NCBI GenBank assembly: GCA_964351425.1
Contig: CAYGOW010000002.1
Coordinates: 1 to 40,706 of the forward strand
Reading direction: 5' to 3'
Length of the DNA stretch: 40,706 bases
Source: an uncultured Roseivirgaceae bacterium
GTDB lineage: Bacteria > Bacteroidota > Bacteroidia > Cytophagales > Cyclobacteriaceae
Numbering within the stretch: position 1 is the stretch's first letter; each line of letters opens with the position of its first letter. Shown piece by piece: positions 1 to 10,619 of this stretch. The notes beneath the pieces are model-generated. The model was not told the origin of the DNA and ran no database searches. It was given only the letters and a program-made list of their open reading frames with translations. Position numbers and translations under genes: made by a program.

Positions 1-69
1 CCAGACCTTTATTACAATGATTTTATGCAGGGTGTGGTAGATATTTCTTTCGTTCCTGAAGGCTAAAGC

Positions 70-100
70 AAAAAAAAACCTACCCTTTCGAGGCAGGTTT
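70..100 (-). terminator. Rho-independent terminator downstream of atpC
   Basis: On the minus strand there is a hairpin ACCUGCC / GGUAGGU (78..98, 7-nt loop, one G-U pair). It is followed directly by a U run (A run 70..78 on the + strand). It lies about 20 nt past the atpC stop. Confidence 0.7.
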
Positions 101-119
101 TCCTGTATTACTACAAATG

Positions 120-377
120 TTATGCGGTTTCGGTTTCTTTTATGCCGTCCGCCAATAATGTTACCTTATTGTTGAGTACCTCGACAATTCCTCCCGTGAT
201 TTCAACGGAATGAGTACCCTGGCTATTTTTATATACCACGCGACCTTTTTCCAGTGTACTTACCATGGGAGCGTGATCATTCATTACCTGAAAAGATCCG
301 TCCGTTCCCGGAAATGTAACAATGGAGGTTTCTCCTTCGAATACCTTTTGACTTGGTGTTACTATTTCTAAATACAT
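120..377 (-). CDS. atpC: F-type ATP synthase epsilon subunit, short form (beta-sandwich domain only)
   Basis: 85-aa ORF with an ATG start, located 15 nt downstream of atpD. MYLEIVTPSQKVFEGE...GGIVEV matches the N-terminal epsilon beta-sandwich. There is no C-terminal helical hairpin. Confidence 0.9.
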   Translation of the reverse strand: MYLEIVTPSQKVFEGETSIVTFPGTDGSFQVMNDHAPMVSTLEKGRVVYKNSQGTHSVEITGGIVEVLNNKVTLLADGIKETETA

Positions 378-392
378 AGTCAGCGCGAGATA

Positions 393-1949
<1,557 letters not shown>

Positions 1950-1957
1950 TCAGTGTG

Positions 1958-1989
1958 CAAAAGTACGCCTTAAAATTTACATACCCAAC
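1958..1989 (-). promoter_or_regulatory. Candidate Bacteroidota sigma-A type promoter for atpDC
   Basis: The minus strand reads gTTG-N20-TACTTTTG. The -7 box TAnnTTTG is the reverse complement of 1958..1965 and the TTG is the reverse complement of 1986..1988. It sits in the 111-bp spacer between the kinase stop and the atpD ATG. Motif match only. Confidence 0.4.
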
Positions 1990-2012
1990 ATACAATACTG
2001 ATTTTTATAGAC

Positions 2013-3227
2013 TCATGCCCAGAGCGAAATTCGGAATGTTGTTCCGCCATTTTCTTCCGATGATTTTACAAATATTTTCCCCTGGTGATACTTTTCAATG
2101 ATGCGTTTGGCCAGGGTGAGTCCGAGTCCCCAGCCTCTTTTTTTTGTGGTGAACCCCGGATTAAACACTTGCTTAAGTTTTGATTTAGGAATGCCCTTTC
2201 CGGTATCTGAAATATCAATAAAGACTTTTCCTTCATTCCCTTTCAGGATGAAAATATGAATACTCCCCGAGCCGTTCATGGCATCTACAGCATTCTTACA
2301 TAAATTTTCAATCACCCATTCAAACAGGGGCGGGTTTACCTGGGCGGTTATCCCTTTTGTCAGGGCTTCAATATTAATACTGACTTTTGGTGAGATTCTG
2401 GGCCTCAAATAGTCAATGACCGAGTGGATGAGTGCTTCTATTTCAACTTCCTTCAGTACGGGGGTCGATCCAATATTGGAAAACCGCTCGGTGATCACTT
2501 GCAGTTTTTGGATATCCTTATCCAGTTCGCCAATCAATTCTTTATCCTTGATGGAGGATTGTTCCTTAAAGTACTCAACCCATGCCATCAGGGATGAAAT
2601 GGGTGTTCCCAGCTGGTGGGCGGTTTCTTTGGCGAGTCCGACCCAAACACGGTTTTGTTCGGCAGCTTTTGAGTAATTGAAGGCCATATAGGCAATAAAC
2701 CCAAAAATGGCAATGACGGATAGCTGAATATAGGGGTAGTAGGTCAGCTGTGTGAGCAGGAATGAGTTTCTATAATAAACGTAACTGATGCTAATGATTT
2801 CATTGGTGTTCTGATCGCGTGGAGCCACTTCGATAGGTTCATAGGACTCCTGCATTTTTTCCAGTTCATTATAGATGATTTGATTCTGGCGCGTTTGTGA
2901 GAGCGATGAATCAATTTCAATATTCCGAAAACCCTGAATGCTGCCATTCTCACTCAGAAGTATGGTTGGGATCGAATTATTCTGAAAGAGAATTTCATCG
3001 GTGATGAAATAAAGATCCTTATCCAGGTTTTCACGGACGGTATATTCGAGGGCTTTTGCATACAACCTGATCTGTCGTTCTTCTCTGGCTTTGAGTTGAT
3101 CAATCAACACATTGGTATAGAGAATGGAGCCTACACTGATTACGATAGAAAAGAATAAAACAAACCACTTCAGGTTGGATTTATCCTGTGAGAAGTCAAG
3201 GCCGGATTGTATGGAAGGTGAAGCCAT
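2013..3227 (-). CDS. Membrane sensor histidine kinase (HisKA + HATPase_c), no adjacent response regulator
   Basis: H-box ETAHQLGTPISSL, N-box ENLCKNAVDAM, G1 DTGKGI, G2 GWGLGL. Two predicted TM segments flank an extracytoplasmic region of about 140 aa. The track ORF begins at TTG 3251; ATG 3227 (MASPSIQ) is the more likely start. Confidence 0.85.
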   Translation of the reverse strand: MASPSIQSGLDFSQDKSNLKWFVLFFSIVISVGSILYTNVLIDQLKAREERQIRLYAKALEYTVRENLDKDLYFITDEILFQNNSIPTILLSENGSIQGFRNIEIDSSLSQTRQNQIIYNELEKMQESYEPIEVAPRDQNTNEIISISYVYYRNSFLLTQLTYYPYIQLSVIAIFGFIAYMAFNYSKAAEQNRVWVGLAKETAHQLGTPISSLMAWVEYFKEQSSIKDKELIGELDKDIQKLQVITERFSNIGSTPVLKEVEIEALIHSVIDYLRPRISPKVSINIEALTKGITAQVNPPLFEWVIENLCKNAVDAMNGSGSIHIFILKGNEGKVFIDISDTGKGIPKSKLKQVFNPGFTTKKRGWGLGLTLAKRIIEKYHQGKIFVKSSEENGGTTFRISLWA

Positions 3228-3253
3228 AAAGATCAAGTCCGGCGTATCCAAAT

Positions 3254-3295
3254 AAAAAATGCCGGAGTACCAATATAGGTTTTTTCCGGCATTTT
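3254..3295 (-). terminator. Probable intrinsic terminator after the ABC permease gene
   Basis: Inverted repeat AAAATGCCGGA (3256..3266) / TCCGGCATTTT (3285..3295) with an 18-nt loop. On the minus strand it is followed by a U-rich tail. It lies between the permease stop (3316) and the kinase start. Confidence 0.45.
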
Positions 3296-3315
3296 AATTC
3301 AGGTTTACTATGGGA

Positions 3316-4593
3316 TCATTTCATGCGTATCCATTTCGCCAGCACTTTGTAATTGACCTTTGTTCCATGCATCAGGATGCCAATACGATAGATTCTACCG
3401 GCAAGCCAGGTGGTACCCAGGAATCCGAGGATGAGCAATGCCATAGACAGCGCCAGTTCCCAGGCAGGTACACCATACCCGATTCGTCCCATCATCGCAA
3501 TGGGGGAGGTGAAGGGTATGATGGAAAGCCAGAAACTTACGCCCCCTTCCGGATTCTGAATAATGCTGGTCATGCCAATGATTCCTGCAATGAGAGGGAT
3601 CATAATCGGGAACATGAACTGCTGAGCTTCGGAAGGGGTATCGACTGCCGAACCGACCGCTGCAAACAAGGCACCATAGAGCAGGTAGCCTCCCAGGAAA
3701 TAGAAAATAAAGGTGAGAATGACCCGTGTAAATGGTATCTGGTTGATCAGTGACATCACTTCCTGGGCATCGTTTTGGGATAAATTTTGTGCCTCTGCCA
3801 TGTTTTGTGACATGTCTACCCCGAAAAACCCAAGGATTCCCGTAAATAGCACGCCCATTAGTACCACCCAGATCAAGACCTGGAATAACCCAACTGATGC
3901 CACCCCAAGGATTTTCCCCATCATTAACTGAAATGGCTTGACCGTGGAAATAATGACTTCGACAATCTTATTGCTTTTCTCTTCGATAACACCTTGCATC
4001 ACCTGACCGCCGTATGCAAACATAAATATGTAGATCAGGAAGCCGGTGATATATCCGATCCCAAACGAAAGGTTTTGATTACTTTCTTTTTCCTGTCCTT
4101 CACTTACATCATAGGTGGTTACGTCGACATTCGTCCTCAGCTTGTCCAGAATTTCCTGGTCTACAGCATACTCTGCCATCTTGCGTTCCCGGATCATATC
4201 CTCGACCCGGTTATTGATCTTGGACTTAATGCTCAGGCTCGTCGCCGAACGAGCGTAAAAGGCAAAACCGCTTGGGTTTTCAAGTTCATAGGGTGGAATG
4301 TACAGAAGTCCGTACGCGTCACTTTCCTCATAGGCCGTTTTGGCCTGTTCGAGATCACCGGTCACTTCGGTATAGGAAAAGGTATCGTCACCGGTAAGGT
4401 TGAAATCATTCGTTTCGTCCAAAACAAGAATGGTCCGGATCTCACCTGCCTTTTCCTCCCGTTCCATAAAATAGAAAATTACCCCGAAAATGGCCGGGAA
4501 TATCAGTGGAACAAGGATTGTCGTCAGGAGAAATGATTTTTTCTGAACGCGGCTCAGAAATTCCCGTTGGATAATTAGAAATATCTTCGACAT
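3316..4593 (-). CDS. ABC-2 type transporter permease (NatB/YhaP-like)
   Basis: 425 aa. An N-terminal TM is followed by a soluble loop of about 150 aa and then 5 TM segments. It abuts the ATPase gene (1-nt gap). Confidence 0.8.
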   Translation of the reverse strand: MSKIFLIIQREFLSRVQKKSFLLTTILVPLIFPAIFGVIFYFMEREEKAGEIRTILVLDETNDFNLTGDDTFSYTEVTGDLEQAKTAYEESDAYGLLYIPPYELENPSGFAFYARSATSLSIKSKINNRVEDMIRERKMAEYAVDQEILDKLRTNVDVTTYDVSEGQEKESNQNLSFGIGYITGFLIYIFMFAYGGQVMQGVIEEKSNKIVEVIISTVKPFQLMMGKILGVASVGLFQVLIWVVLMGVLFTGILGFFGVDMSQNMAEAQNLSQNDAQEVMSLINQIPFTRVILTFIFYFLGGYLLYGALFAAVGSAVDTPSEAQQFMFPIMIPLIAGIIGMTSIIQNPEGGVSFWLSIIPFTSPIAMMGRIGYGVPAWELALSMALLILGFLGTTWLAGRIYRIGILMHGTKVNYKVLAKWIRMK

Positions 4594-4594
4594 A

Positions 4595-5503
4595 TCAGGA
4601 TTCTTTTACTTTGCTAATGAAAATTTCGTTGATGGTAGGAATTTTTTCCACGAAGCCGTGAACTTCTGTTACCTGAATAAGGGAGGCAAGTAGTTCATTC
4701 GGGCTCTTTCCGTCTTTTACCTGGATCACTGATTGGTAATAGTTGTCTTCAATGGTATCCTGGCTGAGCAGATCAAATCCATTCTGCCCGTTATTCCATT
4801 TCCCTGCGTGATCTACAATAAAGGTATTTGACCGGTATTCATTTTTAATCGCCCGTTTCTCCCCCTCAAGAATTTTGCGTGATTTATTGATTAAGGCGAT
4901 ATGATCACACAGCTCTTCCACTGATTCCATCCTGTGGGTGGAGAAGATGACCGTACTGCCATTTTCACGCATACGCAGGATTTCGTCTTTAATCAGATTC
5001 GCATTGACCGGATCAAATCCTGAAAAAGGTTCATCAAGAATAATCAGTTTTGGTTCGTTCAGAACGGTTGAAATAAATTGGATCTTCTGAGCCATCCCTT
5101 TTGACAGGTCTTCGACTTTTTTGTTCCACCAATCCTGAATTTCAAGCCGTGCCGTCCATTCTTTACTTTTTTTAATGGCATCGGCTCTGGACATGTTACG
5201 TAATCGACCGAGGTAGACAAGTTGTTCCCCAACTTTCATTTTTTTATACAGCCCGCGTTCTTCCGGGAGGTAGCCAATGATTGAGATATGATCCTGGTTG
5301 AGTTTTTCTCCATTGATCGTCACGGTACCTGCATCTGCATCAATGATTTGATTGATTATGCGGATCAGCGTTGTCTTACCAGCTCCATTCGGCCCGAGTA
5401 GCCCATAGATGCTGTTTGTTGGAATCGATATGCTTACATCTTCCAGGGCCACATGGCCGGAATAGTATTTAGAGATGTTCTTTGCTTCAAGCGTATATTC
5501 CAC
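4595..5503 (-). CDS. ABC transporter ATP-binding protein (NatA/YhaQ-like, with C-terminal accessory domain)
   Basis: Walker A GPNGAGKTT, signature-like LSKGMAQK, Walker B LIILDEP, H-loop STH. GTG start. Confidence 0.9.
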   Translation of the reverse strand: MEYTLEAKNISKYYSGHVALEDVSISIPTNSIYGLLGPNGAGKTTLIRIINQIIDADAGTVTINGEKLNQDHISIIGYLPEERGLYKKMKVGEQLVYLGRLRNMSRADAIKKSKEWTARLEIQDWWNKKVEDLSKGMAQKIQFISTVLNEPKLIILDEPFSGFDPVNANLIKDEILRMRENGSTVIFSTHRMESVEELCDHIALINKSRKILEGEKRAIKNEYRSNTFIVDHAGKWNNGQNGFDLLSQDTIEDNYYQSVIQVKDGKSPNELLASLIQVTEVHGFVEKIPTINEIFISKVKES

Positions 5504-5621
5504 GTTTTCACATGTTTAGGTTCATAGAATGCGGTGAATCTACAACCAAAACAACCAAACATGCAAATGTTCAAAGCCAGCGGTAATATACGCTGTTAAA
5601 CTAGATATGATAGAGATGAAA

Positions 5622-6515
5622 TTACTTCTGCTTGAAAATGATCTTACCCATGCTTACATCCAGGTTGAAAACAAGGGCATTATCGCTGTTTTCGCTGTAT
5701 GCGTCATTGATATAGGTATTCGCGGCCGACTTATGAAAGGTATCAGGTAGTCGTACCTTGCACAACCAGGAGTCGCGCACTTTGATCATTGTGGGTGAAG
5801 TATTGGACGGGAGAATAACAAACATATTGCCTGCGCCTACGGAACCGATAATTTCTCCGGTCATTTGGCCCTCGCCACTGATATCGAGAAGAAGATCTCC
5901 GAAGCCGACATCTGCCTTAACGTATTTGCTTCGTGCCAGATCCAGTTTGCGTACAGCAACTGAACCCATGTCAACTTTCACGTAAAATGTATCCATATCG
6001 ACAGTATTACCTGCCTGTGAGAAATAACCTATGTTTATATCCGCGCTTCCGGTGTGAATTTTCAGCGTTTCCACACCAATCCCTGACAGGTCAATATCTG
6101 CCTGTCCGATTCCGTACTTAAGATTCAGGTCATAAACCTGTTCGCGGTTGAGGTATACCCGCCAAATTTTATCCGATCCTTCGTGGCGATTACCGAAAAC
6201 ACGGCTGCTGATGGACTGACCCAGGCCTTCCTGGCGGTCATCCTCGAGCAGCAAATTAATCTCACATCTTTTGCCACGGATTTCCTTATCAAATGTATGT
6301 GCGTAATTGTTGTAGTCCTGATTGCTGTAGACGGTGACAAGCTCATCACTTTCACCTGCTTTTATCGAGCACTGACCACTGTTGACCTCAAATCGCAGGT
6401 CAACATTTTCGACTCGCTTATCTCCGCTCACTGAAAACTGCTTTTTTATTTGGCCCTGTGCTGTGATGCCTGCGCATAACAGTGCCGAAATAACAGTTAC
6501 TAATCTTCTCGTCAT
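5622..6515 (-). CDS. Secreted hypothetical protein with repeated beta-strand motifs (toast-rack / DUF4097-DUF2154-like, tentative)
   Basis: Signal peptide MTRRLVTVISALLCAGITAQG. Repeated xGxADIxL / GDLLLDISG type strands occur in the C-terminal half. The family assignment rests on pattern resemblance only. Confidence 0.55.
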   Translation of the reverse strand: MTRRLVTVISALLCAGITAQGQIKKQFSVSGDKRVENVDLRFEVNSGQCSIKAGESDELVTVYSNQDYNNYAHTFDKEIRGKRCEINLLLEDDRQEGLGQSISSRVFGNRHEGSDKIWRVYLNREQVYDLNLKYGIGQADIDLSGIGVETLKIHTGSADINIGYFSQAGNTVDMDTFYVKVDMGSVAVRKLDLARSKYVKADVGFGDLLLDISGEGQMTGEIIGSVGAGNMFVILPSNTSPTMIKVRDSWLCKVRLPDTFHKSAANTYINDAYSENSDNALVFNLDVSMGKIIFKQK

Positions 6516-6609
6516 GGTGGTAAATACGTGTGATTTACCCAGTAAGTTGCAGAAATTTCAAAAAAAAATCACATTTCCGTAATACCGTTGATTTAAAGCC
6601 GATCAGCGA

Positions 6610-7734
6610 CTAAAAAAATTCGCGCATTTTTTCGAAAAACCCTTTTTCGTTTCGCCCGGGTTTTGGCTGGAAATTTTCAGAGGCACGAAGATTCTCCAGG
6701 GTAGATTTTTCTTCTGCATTCAGTTTTTTAGGGGTCCAGACATTTACATGGATTAATTGATCTCCTTTTCCATATCCATTGATGTCTGCAATACCTTTTC
6801 CTCGCAAACGAAGAATTTTACCACTTTGGGTTCCTGTATCTATTTTAATGCGCACTTTTCCATCAATGGTAGGGACTTCTACCGACGTACCCAAAGCCGC
6901 ATCGATAAAACTTATGTAAAGATCAAAGACTACATTATTACCTTCCCGCTTCAGATCTTCGTGTTCCTTTTCTTCGACCAGGATTAGTAAATCACCTGCA
7001 GGTCCGCCGCCAGGAGCTTCGTTTCCTTTGCCTGACATGGACAATTGCATTCCATCTGCCACACCTGCCGGAATTTTAATGCTGATGACTTCTTCTTTCG
7101 GAACTAAACCAGAACTGTCAACGCCAGGAGGCCGGTTATCGATAAGTCGACCGCTACCGCTACACGACGGACAAGTACTCGTGGATACCATTTGTCCTAA
7201 CATGGTATTCACGGCTTTGCGTACCTGACCGGATCCCTGGCAGGTCTGACATGTCTTGAAGGTTACGCCATCCGCCTGCACCATCCGGTTTACTTTGATT
7301 TTTTTCTCAGCACCATTGGCTATCTCAGATAGGGTCATTTTTAATTTGATCCGGAGGTTGGATCCACGACGCTGACGTCTTCGGCCACCGCCGCCGCCGC
7401 CTCCAAAGAAGCTATCGAACGGACTATGCCCACCGAAAATATCACCGAATTGGCTGAATATATCTTCCATATTCATGGCGCCGCCTCCGCCACCACCGAA
7501 GCCGCCACCATTCATTCCGGCATGACCGAAGCGATCATAGCGCTGGCGCTTTTCCTGGTCGCGAAGCACTTCGTAAGCCTCAGCGGCCTCCTTAAACTTT
7601 TCCTCAGCTTCCGGGTCGTTCGGGTTTTTATCCGGGTGAAATTTAATGGCAACCTTTCGGTATGCCTTTTTTATTTCTTCCGGTGAAGCACTTTTGTCAA
7701 TTTCTAATATTTCGTAATAGTCTCTTTTTGCCAT
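6610..7734 (-). CDS. dnaJ: Molecular chaperone DnaJ
   Basis: J domain with HPD (KFHPDKNP), a G/F-rich linker and four CxxCxG zinc-finger repeats. Confidence 0.97.
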   Translation of the reverse strand: MAKRDYYEILEIDKSASPEEIKKAYRKVAIKFHPDKNPNDPEAEEKFKEAAEAYEVLRDQEKRQRYDRFGHAGMNGGGFGGGGGGAMNMEDIFSQFGDIFGGHSPFDSFFGGGGGGGRRRQRRGSNLRIKLKMTLSEIANGAEKKIKVNRMVQADGVTFKTCQTCQGSGQVRKAVNTMLGQMVSTSTCPSCSGSGRLIDNRPPGVDSSGLVPKEEVISIKIPAGVADGMQLSMSGKGNEAPGGGPAGDLLILVEEKEHEDLKREGNNVVFDLYISFIDAALGTSVEVPTIDGKVRIKIDTGTQSGKILRLRGKGIADINGYGKGDQLIHVNVWTPKKLNAEEKSTLENLRASENFQPKPGRNEKGFFEKMREFF

Positions 7735-7744
7735 CGTATTTTAA

Positions 7745-8398
7745 TTAGCTTCCAATCACCACCTTGGCGTAACGGATTACCTTGTCCTTGAGCATATAGC
7801 CTTTTTCGATCACATCCACTACTTTTCCTTTCAACTTCTTGGAAGGAGCCGGAATCTGCGTGATTGCTTCATGAAAATCCGGGTCAAAGTCAGATCCTTC
7901 GCCGGTATCCATCGGCTTTAATCCTTTACTGATCAATGTTTTTTGAAACTTGCTTGAAACCAGATCGATTCCTTCTTTGATACTGTCCAGATCATTACCT
8001 TCCTCTTCAAATGCTTTTTTCGCCCGTTCAAAATCATCTAATACCGGCAATAGTGCCGACATTAATTCTTCATTGGCCGTACTGATCAAATCCAGTTTTT
8101 CCTTGGCTGTCCGACGTCTGAAATTCTCAAATTCTGAATACAGGCGCAGAAACTTATCTTTACTTTCCTGAAGTTCGATCGTAAGTTTTTGGATTTCACT
8201 TTCCTCGGACGTTTCTTCCGCTGTATCTTGTTCTTCGTTCACATCTACTGTCTCCTCTGATACTTGTGAGGACTCTTGTTGCTCATCCGTTTGATTGATG
8301 TCTTTATCTGTCTCTTTCATTGATTTCGTACTTTCGTCTATATATTCAATGGAACGTACGTCCCCTTCCGGCATAATGGGCGGCAATTTCTCTGCCAA
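7745..8398 (-). CDS. grpE: Nucleotide exchange factor GrpE
   Basis: Acidic N-terminal tail followed by the GrpE core (LRLYSEFENFRRRTAKE ... VIRYAKVVIG). The track start 8398 is TTG; ATG at 8374 is an alternative start. Located 10 nt upstream of dnaJ. Confidence 0.93.
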   Translation of the reverse strand: MAEKLPPIMPEGDVRSIEYIDESTKSMKETDKDINQTDEQQESSQVSEETVDVNEEQDTAEETSEESEIQKLTIELQESKDKFLRLYSEFENFRRRTAKEKLDLISTANEELMSALLPVLDDFERAKKAFEEEGNDLDSIKEGIDLVSSKFQKTLISKGLKPMDTGEGSDFDPDFHEAITQIPAPSKKLKGKVVDVIEKGYMLKDKVIRYAKVVIGS

Positions 8399-8422
8399 TC
8401 CGCTAAGCCTGTCAAATTGACA

Positions 8423-9414
8423 TTATTTTGTCAGCATTTTCCACAAAGCGTCCTTCAATTCAGTCAATCCTGACTGAGTGACGGCAGAAATGAATAAATA
8501 GTTGATCCCTTCCGGCATTTCCTCCTGCATTTCCTTTTTAAGTTCATCATCCAGTAAATCGGATTTGGAAATGGCCAGCAGCCGTTGCTTATCGAGCAAT
8601 TCAGGATTGTATTTTTTTAATTCTCCCAGCAGGATTTTGTATTCCTTATCGATGTCCATGGCATCTGCCGGGATCATAAACAGGAGAATAGCGTTTCGCT
8701 CAATATGCCGAAGAAAGCGCGTGCCCAGGCCTTTGCCTTCCGCTGCGCCTTCAATAATTCCGGGGATATCAGCCATGACAAACGACTTGTAATTGCGATA
8801 GGCCACAACGCCAAGATTAGGGGTGAGGGTGGTGAAGGGATAATCGGCAATTTCTGGCTTGGCGGCACTTAGCACCGAAAGCAAGGTGGACTTACCTGCA
8901 TTCGGGAACCCTACCAAACCAACATCTGCCAGTAATTTTAATTCAAGGATCATCCAGACTTCCTGGCCCTCTTCACCTGGTTGGGCAAACCGTGGGGTTT
9001 GATTGGTCGCGGTTTTAAAATTCTCATTCCCCAACCCGCCTCGTCCGCCGGGTAGCAGAATTTTTTCTTCACCATCTTCGGTGATTTCAAAGAGCCTTTT
9101 ATTCGTTTCTGCTTCCCTGGCCACAGTCCCGAGCGGCACCTCCAGAATAATGTCTTCTCCGTCTGCACCGGATCTGCGCCCTCCTTCTCCCGGTTTTCCA
9201 TTCCCGGCGATCACATGTTTTTGGTATTTCAAGTGAAGAAGTGTCCAATGCTGTGAATTTCCGCGAAGTATGATATGTCCGCCCCGTCCACCATTGCCGC
9301 CATCCGGTCCGCCTTTGGGAACATGTTTTTCCCTGCGAAAATGAACCGATCCCTGCCCCCGGCACCAGATCTGGCGCAGAATTTTACGTAGTCGATGAAG
9401 TTAGAAGAGGCCAC
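8423..9414 (-). pseudogene. obg: GTPase Obg/CgtA, reading frame interrupted by an apparent 1-nt deletion near 9351..9353
   Basis: The N-terminal 20 codons (GTG 9414, [20 protein letters not shown]) are in one frame. The continuation [46 protein letters not shown] is in another frame, contiguous with ORF 8423..9232. That ORF carries the G domain ([17 protein letters not shown]). Confidence 0.85.
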
Positions 9415-9417
9415 GCG

Positions 9418-10005
9418 CTAGGCTTTATTCTCTTCAAAAGAATCAATCACCGCACATAACTGGTCAAAAATATCATCAATGGTTCCTACGCCATGAACGG
9501 GATGGTATTTCCCCTGGTCCTTATAATATTCCATTACCGGAACCGTCTCATCGAAATACACACGCAGGCGGTTCTCAATTTTTTCAACACTTTGGTCATC
9601 TGCCCGTCCCGACTCTTTGCCACGTGATAGTAAACGCTGTTTCAATTCGTCTTCCGGGACATCCAGGGCAATCATTCCTGTAATGGGTGTTCCTTTGCCA
9701 TTGAGCAGCCGGTCAAGCGCGTCTGCCTGGGGCACGGTCCTTGGAAACCCGTCAAAAATAAATCCTTCCACACCGGTAGTTTCCTTAATCCGTTCGTCTA
9801 CCATGTCGATGACAACCTGATCAGGAACCAGATTTCCTTCATCCATGTACTTCCGGGCTAGTTTTCCAAGTTCAGATCCTTCACTCAGGTGTTTTCTGAA
9901 TAAGTCACCGGTAGAAATGTGTGTGAGATTGTATGCGTTTATTAATTTCTCACTTTGGGTGCCTTTTCCCGCACCTGGAGGTCCAAATAAAACGATATTC
10001 AGCAT
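9418..10005 (-). CDS. adk: Adenylate kinase
   Basis: P-loop GPPGAGKGT and a short-LID-type adenylate kinase fold along the full length. Confidence 0.96.
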   Translation of the reverse strand: MLNIVLFGPPGAGKGTQSEKLINAYNLTHISTGDLFRKHLSEGSELGKLARKYMDEGNLVPDQVVIDMVDERIKETTGVEGFIFDGFPRTVPQADALDRLLNGKGTPITGMIALDVPEDELKQRLLSRGKESGRADDQSVEKIENRLRVYFDETVPVMEYYKDQGKYHPVHGVGTIDDIFDQLCAVIDSFEENKA

Positions 10006-10032
10006 GGGATAATAATTCAGTATGATTTCAGC

Positions 10033-10557
10033 TTACTTCAGCTGATAGATATGTTTTAAATTTCTGCCATGGCCTTCGTAATCAAGTCCATAGCCGATTA
10101 CAAATTTGTCAGGAATATCAAAGCCGACATATTTAATTCGCTCCTGTATCGCCGGATTCTTTGGTTTTCTCAATAAGGAGACAACCTCAACGGAACTGGC
10201 GCCCAGGTCTTCGATCAAATGTATCATTTTTGTAATGGTCTGACCTGAGTCGACAATGTCTTCCAGAATTAGTATATCCTGATTGAAGATATTTTCATTC
10301 AAGCCGATCAGCTGTTTAACATTCCCGGTACTTTCCATTTCATGATAGGATGCTACCTTGATAAAGGAAATCCGCGTATTATTTTTAAGCTGTCTGACCA
10401 GATCCGCTGCAAAAATAAAGGATCCGTTAAGTACCGACACAATAAGTGGATTACGATCCTTGTAGTCTCCATTAATTTTACGGCCTAATCGTCTGACGGC
10501 CTTTTGAATTTCTTCCTCGTCGAGATACTTTATAAATTTTTTGTCTTGGATGACCAT
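10033..10557 (-). CDS. hpt: Hypoxanthine phosphoribosyltransferase
   Basis: PRPP motif ILILEDIVDSGQT and C-terminal VIGYGLDY. The track start 10590 is TTG. ATG 10557 (MVIQDKKF) fits homologue length and leaves room for the promoter-like box. Confidence 0.9.
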   Translation of the reverse strand: MVIQDKKFIKYLDEEEIQKAVRRLGRKINGDYKDRNPLIVSVLNGSFIFAADLVRQLKNNTRISFIKVASYHEMESTGNVKQLIGLNENIFNQDILILEDIVDSGQTITKMIHLIEDLGASSVEVVSLLRKPKNPAIQERIKYVGFDIPDKFVIGYGLDYEGHGRNLKHIYQLK

Positions 10558-10587
10558 TGACCCTTTATTCCCGTCAGTTTCAGCCTG

Positions 10588-10595
10588 CAAATATA
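10588..10595 (-). promoter_or_regulatory. Candidate -7 box (TATATTTG) upstream of hpt
   Basis: The reverse complement of 10588..10595 matches TAnnTTTG, about 30 nt upstream of ATG 10557. It lies in the only spacer between the M42 peptidase gene and the hpt-adk-obg-grpE-dnaJ string. No clear -33 TTG. Confidence 0.3.
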
Positions 10596-10619
10596 AGGAT
10601 TATTATCAAACGGACTGAA

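Noticed and set aside
1-66. Open frame on the + strand (PDLYYNDFMQGVVDISFVPEG, stop at 64..66) that could be the 3' end of a gene running in from the left edge.
   Set aside because: Only 21 codons are visible and no motif is recognisable. The convergent terminator is compatible with a gene end, but this is insufficient to call a feature.
3316-5503. Possibility that the ABC pair is the gliding-motility GldA/GldF transporter, and that the kinase at 2013..3227 is a PorY-type T9SS kinase.
   Set aside because: The permease is a 425-aa NatB-like protein with a large external loop, not a GldF-like 6-TM protein. No gldG follows. There is no specific sequence evidence for PorY orthology.
6516-6609. 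A9 tract with flanking GTGATTT...AAATCAC and CGGAAAT...ATTTCTG repeats after dnaJ, as a possible terminator.
   Set aside because: The stems are only 7 bp and AT-rich, with 15-29 nt loops and no proper U tail on the relevant strand. This is too weak to call.
9099-9365. An 88-aa ORF spanning the obg frameshift region.
   Set aside because: It is the third reading frame of the Obg N-terminal coding region. Its R/W/T-rich nonsense translation is explained by the frameshifted obg.
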